A stretch of DNA of 64,000 nt from Dendrobates tinctorius (Eukaryota), in assembly GCF_039654945.1 (NCBI RefSeq), contig NW_027361695.1:9734001-9798000 (forward strand), given 5' to 3'. Below, piece after piece: positions 25,439-38,964 of this stretch. The translations under genes were made by a program, and so were the position numbers. The notes below the pieces were generated by a model. It saw nothing but the letters and a program-made list of their open reading frames with translations. It ran no database searches and was not told the DNA's origin. The number at the start of each line of letters is the position of its first letter. Within the stretch, counting starts at the first letter, position 1.

Positions 25439-26115
25439 TTAAAGAGGACTTCTCAACATCCCTGACCTGATATCTTTATTTTAGTAAATACTTTTGCTAT
25501 TACTTTGTTTTTCCTCCTGGAAACGTATGAATAAATTGACTCCTCAGGGGCGTGTCCCCACTGATTTTAAAATTATCCAATCAGTGCCTTACTGTGTAGG
25601 TACACAACCTATTGGAAAGAGGAATGATGTCACCTATGTATTAATTTGCGTAAAGGTTTCCAGGAGGAGTAGCGGAAGCAAGCAAAGAGTTATGCTTCTT
25701 TCTCTCTCCATCTTACTCGGCAGTGGCTTGCATAAAGAGTTTGGATGGAATTTATATTTTTTTCTTAAATGTTGAAAAAGATCGCTCACTCGTCCACCAC
25801 ACCTTCCTTTCCAATGCCGTCCGGTTCCCCACCGCGCTCTTCTTCCAGATGGTAACCCATCACAAGGACATGTGACCGCTGCAGTCAATTACTGATCTTA
25901 CTGGCAGCCCACTACTGTCAGAGATTGGCAGCAGCGATCACATGTCCCAATGATGGAATTTAAAGCTGCAGCCAGAAGTAGAGACTGGGGGTCCTGGGAA
26001 AATGGAAGCAGTGGGTAATCCTTGTAGGGTTTTTTTTTAACTCATTTTTAGAATTTTAGGGGAAAAAATAATTACCCCGCAGACAAAATATTACTCCACA
26101 GATAACCCCTTTTAA
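25439..26115. mobile_element. Cluster of degenerate T2/Kolobok-type MITEs
   Basis: TTAA-AGAGGACTT start and GATAACCCCTT-TTAA end; related to the palindromic remnant at ~17080-17370. Confidence 0.45.
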
Positions 26116-27329
26116 TATTGTCCGCTTCCGAGCTTCCCAAGTAGATTCATTGATTATTCCTGACAAATTAAGTAAGATATATTCACTCTTCTAGCACTTA
26201 CTACTATAATACTGCCCCCTAGGGACAAGAAAAGGCTTCTGAACGTACAACGGGAACTTAATACCTGACTGATTTGTTCCAAGATTATGGTCTCTCCACA
26301 TGTATCTAACACAATGGTGGAATCATCTGCTGTAGGGTCAAGTGCGGCTGAAGATGATGGATTGGTTGTGCTCGCGTGACTCTGCAGTGGTGGTGACCTT
26401 TGATTCCTTTTCATTCTGGGTATTTGATGATGTTGAGATGTTCACTGTCACATTATCCAAACTTCAATCCGTAAGATGTACTGTATGGGAACTTAGACTG
26501 ATGGATTTATTTTTTTTACCCCAAATCATAAATGCTACCTTGCTTTTATGTAGGTTATATGAAGGATGATGGTCCAACGCAATGGCCACGTCAGCAGTTT
26601 GGCTCCCTATGTACCTCCTCCTATGTGCTTGGATTCCCACCACTTCTTCTAATTCGTAGGCATGATGCGACGTCAACGCTGAAATGATGACGTCGCGCCC
26701 AACCTATTAATCAGAAGAGGGGCCGGGGATCCAAGCAAGTAGCATTAGGTTTGCAGAACTCCCATCCGGCGGTCACGGACAATTGATGTCATGCAAATTG
26801 ATTTTGCTTATCTCTAGTGCACATGGAAAACTCAAAAAGTTGTTCTTTAACCCAATATATCCCAAAGTATTGAAATTGGAAAAAGCTTTAGAAAAGGTTC
26901 CTCCTGATGGATTGCTCAGCTGCTTCTGACACCTATCCTTCACCCATAGACATAAGATAACCATTGACCAAACATTCAAGCCTGTATTCCAGACTTCATA
27001 AATTGGAAGAGGGGGTTGAGCGGATTGTCCTTCATTTTCCTTGAGTTTGGTGCATTTTGAGCCGCTTGTCTCCAAGGGGGAACAAGGGCTAAGACACATC
27101 AACATTCAACCTATCCGCACCTTCTATTCCTACAATGAGGACAGCTTTTAGAGGACAGCTGAGCTGTGCCCGTGCCACTGAAGATATGGCAAAGAAAAAT
27201 GGGTCTCCCATTATGTTGCTGGTTTAGCAACTCAGAAAATAAGAGCCTGTTGTGTCCCATTGTCCACTGTTCGAAACCCTTGGGCCAAATCCCCTTCCCA
27301 TATTTGCAAACAATGCTGTTCATCTGGAG

Positions 27330-27866
27330 CAGTGGTCCCCAACCTTTCTGACCTTGAGAGCCACATTCAGCTTAGAAAGAGGGTCGCGAGCCACATTCAG
27401 CACTGAGAGAGGGTCACGAGCCGCATCCAGCTCCGACCCCCTTCAAAGTAGTGTCAACCAAAGCCCCCATTACAGGTGTAATGATAACCAAAGCTTTTCT
27501 ACAGAAATCACTCCAAAGCAGTACACTGAGATCCAGGGGTTCCCACAATCCCCCCATTCAGTATTCTCCCATCAAGGACTCCCAACACACTGTCACATCC
27601 AACTTTGAGCACCTCCTCTAACAGGTAGAACCATTCTCCAGCGTACCATACCTAAAACATCTCTAAACCCCTAAGACCAGTATATGTGCATCCAGATCTG
27701 CTCTTCTGTGCAGGGCTACTCACAAAATTCACAAATTTAAGATGTACTCTTCATGCCTGTATGCTAGACCTGGAGCTAATGCACCAAGCTGGCAGACAGT
27801 CGTGAGCCAAAATTCATGGGACCGCGAGCCACATGTGGCTCCCGAGCTACAGGTTGGGGACCCCTG
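27330..27866 (-). mobile_element. Charlie-type hAT element, second copy of the 20546-21106 family
   Basis: TIRs CAGTGGTCCCCAACCT / AGGTTGGGGACCCCTG; perfect 8-bp TSD ATCTGGAG; internal homology to 20546-21106. Confidence 0.93.
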
Positions 27867-28667
27867 ATCTGGAGAGTCAAATAGTAGAGAAAAGTTGGTA
27901 AAACTGTGCTGCTAGGACTATATCCACAAAAATGGTCCATGATGGAGAAGGGAGTTTTGCACCTAATGACAAAGTAGATGGGACTAAACCAGGTTCTATT
28001 TCCCTGAAAGGACCATATAACATGGACGAACTCTAGGCTGCATACACCCTTGACCCCTACTCATCCGGTTGTCACTGTATCCCTTAAAAGTTTGTTGATT
28101 CTGCAAACCAATATCTAATACTGAATTTGTAGACCGCTACAAAGTCCATGTCCTCCGCAAAGACATTGTCTGGTAGCAAGTGAATATATTATTTTTGTTG
28201 AAATGTAATACTTGCAAGTAATGAAGAACCTATTTGTTTAATCTAAGGTGCCGTCTAAGCCTCTGACCCCAAGTTACTTACTACTGTATGTAGGACGACC
28301 CATCAAAATTCTAAAATGTTAAGTGGTGGATGAAGATCCAGTTCGTTGGAACTAATAGACTTCATTTCTGGATCACTGGGGCTCTTTTTTTAATATAATT
28401 TGGGTTTGAGTAAAACATTTACATAGAAATGATCTCTTTCTGCAGGATATGGGAACAGGAGCGTATTCATTTGCACGGAATTTAAAATATTAACGGAAAC
28501 TAATCTGATCCCTGTAGTGACATTACTTGTACTGTAGAATGTACTTAAAAGGTGTTCACTATTTAATGAACCCTCATTCGGTGGCCGAGGTCTCGTCCCT
28601 GGCGACAGTGCAATCGGATGAAGCTGTAGCGTCACAACTTAAAACTCTGTAACCTGGATTCACCTTA

Positions 28668-29549
28668 GGCTATGTGCACACGTAGCGGAACTCTCGCGGA
28701 AGTTACCGCGAGAATTCCGGAATTCCATTCCGCGGGAAAATCGCATTTTAAATTCCCGCGATTTTCCCGCGGAAAAACTAGCGATTTGCAAGCGTAATTA
28801 GCTTGCAGAATGCTAGCGTTTTCCAAGCGATCTGTAGCATCGCTTGGAGAACTGATTGACAGGTTGGTCACATTCGTCAAACATACATTAGTGTTTGACT
28901 AGTGTGACTAACTTTTTACTACTGAGGCTGCCTCTGCAGCCTCAGTAGTAAAAGATAAAATGTAAAAAATAATAAAAAAAAAATATTGTTATTCTCACCT
29001 TCCGGCGTCCCGCGCAGCCTTCCCGTCTCTCTACACGCTCCCAGTCCCAGTAATCCTTTGCGCGAATGACCGCGAGACGTCGCGCTCCCGCGAGATCTCA
29101 ACGTCATCGCGGTCATTCTTGCGAATGATTACTGGGACCGGGAGAGAGGCGGGAAGGCTGCGCGGGACGCCGGAAGGTGAGAATAACAATATTTTTTGTT
29201 TTAATTCTACTTTTTAAAGGGATATTGTACCCAGGGTATGGAGGACAGTCTCCTCTCCTCCGGACCGTGGGTACCATCCGCAAATGTTCTGCTTACTTTT
29301 CGCATGGTGGGCACAGCCACATGCAGGAAGTAAGCGGAACAATGCAATCCTATGGGTGCGGGATCGCCGCGATTCCGCTAAATTAATGAGCATGCTGCGT
29401 TTTTTACCATGAAGCGATTCCGCTGCGGAAAAACGCAGCATTAGCACAGCATTGCGCATGGGATGCTTATTCTTTGCGTTTTCTTGGCAAAATCGCGCGT
29501 TTAAAACCGCTGCGAAAACGCGAAAAAAACGCAACGTGTGAACGTAACC
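28668..29549. mobile_element. Young CpG-rich PIF/Harbinger-type MITE with a long internal hairpin
   Basis: TTA|GGCTATGTGCACACGT...ACGTGTGAACGTAACC|TTA; near-perfect inverted arms at ~28975-29035 and ~29143-29197. Confidence 0.88.
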
Positions 29550-29767
29550 TTAATCTTCCTGTTATTAGGATGAGTTTACATTTATTCCATGGCCAGAAAC
29601 TTTAACGGAGCTCTTTAGGTAAAACTGATCATCGAAGGAGTGCCTGCAATCTTTATTCCTTCATTCCTTTTCAGACACGCTGATATGCAGCTTGATCTAA
29701 GTTCCAGATTTTTTTTTTCCTGAGAGTGTCTCTCTTAGTAATATAGGCTGGCTTTCAAATCTATGTA

Positions 29768-30655
29768 CAGTGACATGTAAAAGTTTGTGCACCCCTGGTC
29801 AAAATTCCTGTTATTGTTGACAGTTAGGCAAGTTGAAGATTAAATTATCTCTAAAAGGCCTAAAGTTAAAGATGACACATTTCCTTTGTATTTTAAAAAA
29901 ATATATATATTTTCATCTTTTACATTTTAAAAATGACAAAAAGGGAAATTGACCGATGCAAACGTTTGGGCACCCTGCATGGTTAGTAACTAGTGGCACC
30001 CCTGTTTTTTTTTTTTTAAAGTATCACAGCTTGTAAATGATTTTGGTAGCCAGACAAGAGTCTTTCAGTTCTTATTTTAGGGATTTTCCTCCATTCTTCC
30101 TTGGAAAATTCCTCCAGTTCTGTGAGATTCCTGAGGCGTCTTGCTTCCTCTGCTATTTTGAGGTCTAGCCACAGATTCTCAATGATGTTCACAGGGCCAT
30201 TGCAAAACCTTCATCTTGCTACTTTTGAGGTCATCTATTGTGGATTTTGCTGTGTGTTTAGGATCATTCTCAGTTTGTAGAAGCCATCCTCTTCCTCATT
30301 TCAACTTCAGCTTTTTTTTACAGATGGTGTTATGTTTGCATCAAGGATTTATTGAAATGTCATTGAATCCATTCTTCCAACTACCTGTGACATGATCCCC
30401 GTACCATTGGTTGCAACACAACCCCAAAGCATGATTGATCCACCATGCCTAATGGTTGGCGAGATGTTATTTTCCTGAAATTCTGTGCCCTTTTTTCTCC
30501 AAACATACATTTGATCATTCTGGCCAAAGACTTCTATTTTACCCTCATAGGTGCACAGGACTTGTTTCTAAAATGCATCAGGCTTGTTTAGATGTTCCTT
30601 TACATACTTCTGACGCTGAATTTTATGGTGAGGACGCAGGAGAGGTTTTCTTCTG
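29768..30655 (-). pseudogene. Tc1-like transposon remnant: one IR/DR-type end plus degenerate DD34E transposase
   Basis: TA|CAGTGACATGTAAAAGTTTGTGCACCC terminus with inner direct repeat (TGCAAACGTTTGGGCACCC ~29957). Minus-strand peptides GSIMLWGC, NDPKHT and NIIENLWLDLK..LTELEEFSKEEW are Tc1 transposase motifs. Disrupted, and the other end is missing. Confidence 0.85.
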
Positions 30656-31529
30656 TAGGAAGATCGTTCTTGTGTAAGCCTAGATAGGTCCACCAGGGTC
30701 TTCTCCACTGTTATTTTGATTGTATCATGCCATAGGGTTGCTGGTCCTCCTTTTCACCTTTAGTCTTATTTATTTTACTATTAAAAAACAATGAAAAACT
30801 TTTTTTTTGACATCTGATGACCGCTTTTTACTCTTTCATTTACATAAGAGGGACATCCCCATTAATGATCTTCCGTGTAACGAATACAAAGCACTATTTC
30901 TCTATATAAATCTTTCGCTTCTATCACTTCTTTCTTTTAGTCATATTCTTAAAAGCTTTAAATTAAAAAAAAAAAAAAAAAAAAAAGGTTCTGCAGTGTC
31001 CCCCGTCTTTAAACTTAACTGACTGGAAGTAATACTATTTCCAAAGTTGCCTTTCTTTATATCGGAGACAAGCTTTAATTATTTATGCATGAAAAAATAT
31101 TAACAATGTAGCCTATGTAGCCTGAAGTGATGAGAGGTATCTAAAAATGTATAATTTTCTCTTTAGTTGTGTTTTTTTTTTTTTAAGACTGTTCTTTGCT
31201 CCTAAATTGTAATTTTAGATTTCGTACGATGGCACTGGGAGAACGATAGGAAATATTTTTTTATTTTCTACTTTTAAAGAGTGTGCGTCTCCCAGTCTAT
31301 TAAGTATTCTGGTATTTTCACAGATTTTGCAAAATGTAGTTTTAGACTCTCACTTGTTTGGCTGTAATAGATGAAGAAAAAATATTTCTAGGTGTTGATT
31401 ATCTTGTGTAGTGCCAAAGTGTGTTCATTGCCTTCCAACAATACTTAAAGTTACAGAAAGTTGCTGTGATGTATAAAAGGCGAAAAATAACTAAAGTCAT
31501 GTGGCCTTAAAGCCTCAATGGGCGTTAGA

Positions 31530-31735
31530 TTAAAGGAAAAACCTGCCATTGTGTGAATCTAGCTTTACACCACTGACATCTGCATGTCCTGGTCCAAGCA
31601 TAGATGGCGACACACGGACGCTGGTCACCTTGGCATATGTGAAGTGGCTAATTTCGGTACAGGAAACCCACGTCCATTCCATCCATTGTGGTTCATGCTT
31701 GGACCATGGCATACAGATGTGTGAATCTAGCCTTA
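31530..31735. mobile_element. PIF/Harbinger-type MITE remnant
   Basis: Ends ATACAGATGTGTGAATCTAGCC|TTA; a duplicated GTGTGAATCTAGC lies at ~31551. Confidence 0.45.
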
Positions 31736-32836
31736 ATTGAAGCACAGATATGAAAAACATGGAGAGGGGAGAAAGCTTGTACAGTCTGAGAGAGGGCAGA
31801 GAAAATAAGCTGTAGAAAAGGAGGAAAGCACATGAAGAAGAAATAAGTACAGAACAGAGGTGGTGTTGGTGTATGAGCTAATAAATACACTTATTCAAGT
31901 GCAGAATAGAAGTGGTGTTGATGTATGAGCTATCTCCAACACGATCCCAAACTATAACAGGGATCTTTAGTAGTCTTGGTCTTCCATATAGCCCAAAAGA
32001 ATATTCTGTGGTTCCCACTCTCTGGTCCCTGTCTGCAAATTAAACCACTGGACCCATTATAGTTACACCCTTGAATAAGACAACCATGACGTGTATGGGT
32101 CGCTTCCGAATTGGGCAATTGTGAATTCAAATGTATGCCTTTGTTTGTGCAGGTTACAACACACCATCCGAGCTATCTGGCAGCATCTTTCATCCCTTTA
32201 CCCTCTAAAGCCGAGCATTCAGGTGAAAGCTATCTGTATTATTTGGCCAACTTTTGGGTTAGAGAATGCACTCTGTAATATTATATACAAGGAATTCTGA
32301 AATAAGAATGGGTTGTAATGCCATTTTTACCCTGTGGGGGTGTTGTAGAAAAAAAATCAAATAGCTTCTACCAGATTCTCTCCAAGCCACAGGAGTATTT
32401 TGCTTATCAATAAATGCTTCTAATAATAAAATAGGGAGAGTTCAAATCAAACAACCCCCCCATGAAGTTTACATTATATATTGCCAACAATGTACACATG
32501 TTGTCATCACTCACTGTCCCTGTCTCAAATGGGGTTTGCCGTTTGAGGTCATCACAGGTCCTCATCATTGCAATGCAAGAGAGCTAGCCATTTTTTTTTT
32601 TTGTTGTAGTCCAGAAGAGGAGACTCCAAAGCTCCAGAACTTCTCCTATAGTTTTTGCATTTAGTTATATCCACAATACATGACAGAAATGGTCACTTTT
32701 TGGCCTCAAAAAGGCCTATTATAAGCCAAAACAGCAGCCTGTTTTTCACTTGAGCAAATCAGTTTGGCATATTTTTGTCGTTAATAAAAAACAATCAGGG
32801 AAGTTCTGGTGAATTTGGAATCTCGTATACGAGACG

Positions 32837-35015
32837 TTTATTATAATAATAAATTTTATTTCTATAGCGCCGACATATTCCGCAGCACTTTACATTTCAG
32901 AGGGGACTTGTACAGACGATAGACATTACAGCATAACAATAATCACATAGATTATAACAGATACCAAGAGGAATGAGGGCCCTGCTCGCAAGCTTACAGT
33001 CTATGAGGAAAGAGGTAGACACGAAAGGTGGGTGGTAACAGTTGCCCTGATTGTATGGACCAGCCATAATGTTAAGTGTGTAACAGTACAGACACAGAGG
33101 GCTAATGGATGCATAAAGCATGTGGGAACATGATGTGGGGAACCTGGTTATGGTGAAACTTTTGGCTCTGCCACACAGGGATAGGTTAGGTTAATGTGTT
33201 GAGGCGGTAGGCCAGTCTAAATAAATGCGTTTTCAGGGCACGCTTAAAATTGTGGGGATTGGGGACTAATCATATTGACCTGGGAAATGCATTCCAAAGA
33301 ATTGGCGCAGCACGTGTAAAGTCTTGGAGACGGGAGTGGGAGGTTCTGATTATTGAGGATGCTAACCTCAGGTCATCAGCAGAACAGAGGACGCGGGTAG
33401 GGTGGTAGACTGAAACAAGGGAGGAGATGTAGGGTGGTGCTGAGCCATGGAGGGCTTTGTGGGTGAGGGTAATAAGTTTATACTGAATTCTAGAGTGGAT
33501 GGGTAGCCAGTGTAATGACTGGCACAAGGTAGAGGCATCGGTGTAACGATTGGTGAGGAATATGATCCTGGCTGCCGCATTCAAGACAGATTGGAGAGGG
33601 GAGAGTTCGGTAAGAGGGAGACCGATTAGAAGAGAGTTACAATAGTCGAGACGAGAATGAATAAGAGAAACAGTAAGAGTTTTTGCTGAGTCAAAAGTAA
33701 GAAAAGGTCGAATTCTAGAAATGTTTTTGAGGTGCAGATGACGAGAGCGAGCCAGTGATCAGATGTGGGGGGCAAAGGAAAGCTCGGAGTCAAGTATGAC
33801 CCCAAGACAGCGGGCATGTTGCTGGGGAGTAATAGTGGAACCACACACAGAAATGGCAATGTCGGGTATAGGTACATTAGTAGAGGGAGGAAACACAAGG
33901 AGTTCAGTCTTTGACAGGTTCAGTTTCAGATATAGTGAGGACATGATGTTAGATACGGCGTTTAGACAATCGCCGGTGTTTTCTAGAAAGGCTGGCGTGA
34001 TGTCAGGAGAAGAAGCGTATAATTGGGTGTCATCAGCATAGAGATGGTACTGGAAACCAAATCTACTGATTGTTTGACCAATAGGGGCAGTGTACAAGGA
34101 GAAGAGGAGGGGGCCTAGAACCGATCCTTGGGGGACCCCAACAGTAAGGGGAAGGTGAGAGGAGGAGGAACCGGCAAAAGATACAGTAAAGGAGCGGTCA
34201 TAGAGATAGGAGGAGAACCAGGAGAGAACGGTGACCTTGAGGCCAATGGAACGGAGCACAGTGAGGAGGAGCTGATGATCCACAGTGTCGAATGCTGCAG
34301 AGAGATCCAAGAGAATTAGCATGGAGTAGTGACCTTTAGATTTAGCTGTTAGTAGATCATTAGAGACTTTAGTGAGGGCAGTTTCAGTGGAGTGCAAAGA
34401 GCGGAAACCAGATTGGAGAGGGTCGAGAAGAGAGTTATCAAAGAGATAGCGGATAAGATGGGAGTGGACCAGGCGTTTAGAGATGAAGGGAAGATTAGAG
34501 ACAGGTCTATAGTTAGCGGCACAGTTTTGGTCGAAGGATGGTTTTTTAAGTAGTGGATGTATGATGGCATGCTTAAATGAGGAGGGAAAGATACCAGAAG
34601 AGAGAGAGAGGTTAAATATTTTAGTTAGGTGAGGGGTGACAGCAGGGGAAAGGGACTGGAGGAGATGTGACGGAAATGGGTCACTGGTGCAAGTAGTTGG
34701 GCGAGAAGATGCAAGATCAGAGAGTGAGCTAGATGCAGTGGGGGAGGGAAGACAGTGCATGGTATGAGGTGATTGGGAGATAATTTCCTGTCAAATCTGG
34801 TCAATTTTTTCTTTGAAGTAATTGGCCAGATTGTCAGCTCGGAGCTCCGTGGTTGGGGCCTGTACTGTTGGGTTGAGTAGAGAATGAAAAGTGTCAAAGA
34901 GACATTTCGGGTTATTGGACAGTGAGGTGATAAGTGTGTTGAAATAGGTTTGTTTGGAGACGTAAAGGGCTGTGTTGTATGTTCTAAGCATGAACTTATA
35001 ATGTATGAAATTAGG
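32837..35015 (-). mobile_element. 5'-truncated L2-clade LINE with frameshifted ORF2 (reverse transcriptase)
   Basis: ORF 33759-34760 has RT motifs [40 protein letters not shown] and YADD. The C-terminal LHWLPI motif is in 33270-33584. L2-type 3' end TGTAAAGTGCTGCGGAATATGTCGGCGCTATAGAAATAAA followed by an ATT-rich tail. Confidence 0.95.
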
Positions 35016-36278
35016 AATTAGGTGGAAAGTTGCCCCCAAATGAAGCACAAACCAAAGGGAATGGTGCAGCGGAAACATGACAGAAGTATTTTCTAGAAGG
35101 TTAAAAAATGTTTTAAATCTAGGTCTTCTAAAGTTTTTCTTTTTTGCTCGTGTGTCTTGGTATTATACAGCGGATAATATAAAAACAAGTACAAAAGAAC
35201 GTCGCAGGTGTCTTTGGCAACCAATCAGATTTCTGCACTTTTTTTTTCACAGCTCGCTGTGGGCAGCATGTATGCCAGTGTTTCTCTGTGATCCACTCTG
35301 TGATAGCTCTCCCTTCATCTGGTCTCCTGGCAAGATTCTTCGTAAATTCCAACTTCAAAAATACTCTATTTTTCCAGCTTTCTCCTTTATGTTTATCCTG
35401 TTGCTTATCAATCCGTCTATCATCTATCTACACTTCTTATGATTCTCATGTACGAATCTACAGTATACACTTCTCAAGGCCAGTCTTTCTTCTGATCATA
35501 TGTCCGAAAATAGAGCTTTTGCAATAGATTTGTGTCCAAAGGGGCCACCGATGGTGACATGACCGCCCTCATATCAAGGCTTTTTCATTCATGACCAATT
35601 TCTATCTAGGTACCAATGCAAAAATTGCAAAAGTTTTAATATAAAATGTTGTGATATAGGATGGCACTAAATAAGTAAGAAAAATAAAAATAAATTAAAA
35701 CTTACAGCACTGTTCCCCAAAACCCTTGGCTTCTCTCTTGCCTTGAAAGGGAATGTGCTGTTGATTGACACTTCGGACTAGTGGCATCGTTGCGCCACTG
35801 ACCCAAACTGTTCATTCTCCGATGCTGCGAGTAGAGGCAGCTTTGTGGCGCAGCACCTTGGCACTGCAACTAGCCAGATCCAGAGATAGAGACAGCTTCG
35901 GCGCAGCACTTACAAACTCAATAGCCAAGAGCTTGTAAGCAATATGCACCATTTCTACATGGTGGTGAAAATTCTTCTTTTCAAAGAAAATGCATTTTTG
36001 CAAACCTGAAATAACAAATTGTCCCAAGAGGTCCATTATCGACCCCATATTTTCTTCGTAGATTATTGAGGCAAGTGCTTGCTTCCTCTCTTTTGTTTTT
36101 TTTTTTGTTTTGAATACTGGAATGAAATTTTATTTTTCAGTCTCTTATGATGGATCAAACCCAGGAACGTACTAAAAGTGGTCTGAGCTAGCGCCTAAGA
36201 TCACAGTCTACAGCCATAATATTCTTTATTTGGGTCAAGAACTTACCACTTGCTTTGTGGAGCTATATGTGGCATTTA

Positions 36279-36279
36279 C

Positions 36280-36318
<39 letters not shown>

Positions 36319-37100
36319 CATTTTATAGCGACATTTATTCCATGGCGCTTTACATGTGAAAAGAGGCAAATATAGACAAGTACAATAAACATGAGCAATA
36401 CAAGACACACATAAGTACAGAAGGAGAAAGGACCCTGCCCGCGAGGGCTCACAGTCTACAGGGGATGGGTGAGGATACACTAGGAGAGGGTAGAGCTGGT
36501 TGTGTGGCGGTTCAGTAGACTGAGGATCACTGCAGGTTGTAGGCTTGTCGGAAGAGGTGGGTCTTCAGGTTCTTTTTGAAGGTTTCCATGGTAGGCGAGA
36601 GTCTGATGTGTTGGGGTACAGAATTCCAGAGTATGGGGGAAGCACGAGAGAAGTCTTGTATGCGGTTGTGGGAAGAAGAGATAAGAGGGGAGTAGAGAAG
36701 GAGATCTTGAGAGGATCGAAGGTTGCGTGTGGGTAAGTACCTGGAGACCATGTCACAGATGTATGGAGGAGACAGGTTGTGGATGGCTTTGTATGTCATA
36801 GTTAGGGTTTTGAACCGGAGCCTCTGGACAATAGGGAGCCAATGAAGGGCTTGGCATAGGGGAGAGGCTGGGGAATAGTGGGGAGACAAGTGGATTAGTT
36901 GGGCAGCTGAATGTAGGATGGATTGGAGTGGTGCCAGAGTGCTAGTGGGGAGGCCAGAGAGTAGGAGGTTGCAGTAGTCGAGGCGGGAGATAAGGGCGTG
37001 CACTAGTATTTTTGTGGTTTCGTGGTCAAGGAATGCACGGATCCGGGAAATATTTTGAGTTTGAGATGGCAGGAGGAGGCGAGGGCTTGGATATGCGGTG
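36279..37100 (-). mobile_element. 5'-truncated L2 LINE of a second subfamily (ORF2 C-terminus, 3' UTR, (AAT)n tail)
   Basis: ORF 36527-37105 reads ISRLDYCNLLL...LHWLPI...FKKNLKTHLF. 3' end TGTAAAGCGCCATGGAATAAATG followed by an (AAT)n tail at 36281-36317. Confidence 0.93.
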
Positions 37101-38371
37101 ACCACATCCTATACATCTTTCAAAGGGCGAGTCCAAAAATGAAATAGAAAATTGTGTTCAATTCCTTTCCTCAATTCCTGAGATGGAATATATTCATTAT
37201 CGTGCACTTTCTATGATCATCCATTGTGAAGCAGGTGGAAGGGAGGTGAGAACTTTGGGATAGAAAGTTAGTGTTCTGACATCAAGTTAACTCCACTATT
37301 ATTTAAAATAAAAATGTTCTATTATACACCCTATGGGCAAGAATACTAATGTGTTAAGGTAGAAGAATTCTTCATATCTCGCCAAAGTTTTTCTTTCTTA
37401 TTGGCAGCGCACTTGGCAGTGCCACGTATATGACGTTCTCGATGCACGGTACATTCATCTCCGTCCCATAAGGATCTAATCAAATTATTTCATGAGTGTA
37501 GAAACAAGAGGTTGGAAAGATAAATGAAAAGTCCTGTATATGTCTCTACCGTGTCGGGATGAGATGCCTCATGCAGAGATTTTGTTGTTTTTTTTTTTTT
37601 TGCCAGGTGAAGATTGTTTTCACTCAGGTTTCTAGAGAAACCAGGAATTCCATCAGTTCCTTAATTAACTGAATGATAAGAGTCAAGACTAGAGATAAGG
37701 CTTTCCTTTCCCAGGTGGTGAAAAGCTTTGACTACTGTGAGAATTTACCTGAATCTGTGACTCATGATAAAAGATAGAGTAGAGAGGCCATTTCTCAGCC
37801 AGATGAAATTCGATAAATACTAAACCTGTAGGTGTCTGATCTCCTACTCTTTCCCATCAAGGAGAACTACAGCGCTCCCTTCTATTCTACCAGCTGCCTG
37901 TTGGGACATGTTCTCAATGACATGCCAAAATATAAACATCGAATCTTGGGACATATAAGCCTCCTCTTCCCACCTGGGGAAAATGCCACCTGGCTCCTTG
38001 TGTAGTCCAACCTTGGCCATACCTGTCAAATTGCACCACAATCATTCCAGATGCCCATACAACTTTTTATAGCTGTTTCTTCATCTGCTGATTTTTCTCG
38101 ACTCTCCTTACACATGCACGCTCGGTTTGGATGAGCATACACTAGTTTTCATTGAGCAGCGGAAATTAAGTAGCTGTTAGACAAAAAAAGGAAGAATCAA
38201 AAGTTGATTGACAGTTTGGAGCACCAGTTGTTCCGCTGATCCAAACGGTGCGCTGACCTTATTCCCCGCCCCCCAACATCATCTGTTCGGGTAGATTGGC
38301 AAAGCCCCATACACATTAGACAGGTGAACAGTCTGGGTTTGGCTGACGTTTCTGCTATGTACAGTATGTGA

Positions 38372-38959
38372 AAGAGTTACCGTCTTTTTAGTTTTATTTT
38401 TTTCTCCTAAATCAATAGTACACGTGAAAATAAGAAACTTTGTAATAAATCTTAGCAGATAAATCTGATTCTTTCTGCCTCTGGACTGATTTTTTCATTC
38501 TCAAAATTCTGAATACAGGGGTAAAAATGTGTCTTCAATGATTACAGACTTTCCCATTACTGAGAGAGGAGTTGACAGTTGGTGCTCATAAAGTTCTATG
38601 GAGATTTGTAATTGTCATTTCAGAAGACCTTGCTGGGAAATTTCTGTGTCTCTGCCTCTAGCCTCTCCCCTCTCCATAGAACTTTATGAGCACCAACTGT
38701 CATCTCCTATCTGTCATCAACGAATTCAGTTTTTACCCTGATTTGTGAGTGAAAGAGCAATCCGGGAGGAGAAAGAAGCAAATTTCTCTGATAAGATATA
38801 TTACAAAGTTTCTTATTTTCATTCTACTATTGATTCATTAAATAAACTATTACTATTAATAATTAATAATAAACTATTACTATTAAACTATTATTAATTA
38901 ACTATTAATAATGTACTATTGATTCATTAAATAAAATTGAAAACAATGGCCAATGTTAA
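38372..38959. mobile_element. Palindromic T2-like MITE with an AT-rich internal duplication
   Basis: AATCAATAGTAC..GAAAATAAGAAACTTTGTAATA pairs with TATTACAAAGTTTCTTATTTTC..TACTATTGATT; GGTGCTCATAAAGTTCTATGGAG pairs with CTCCATAGAACTTTATGAGCACC. Confidence 0.65.
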
Positions 38960-38964
38960 CAGTA

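Noticed and set aside
28668-29549. CpG-island-like segments (also 1751-2300, 44631-45068, 61459-62002) as possible promoters
   Set aside because: Each lies within TIR/TSD-bounded transposons; the CpG content reflects young insertion age.
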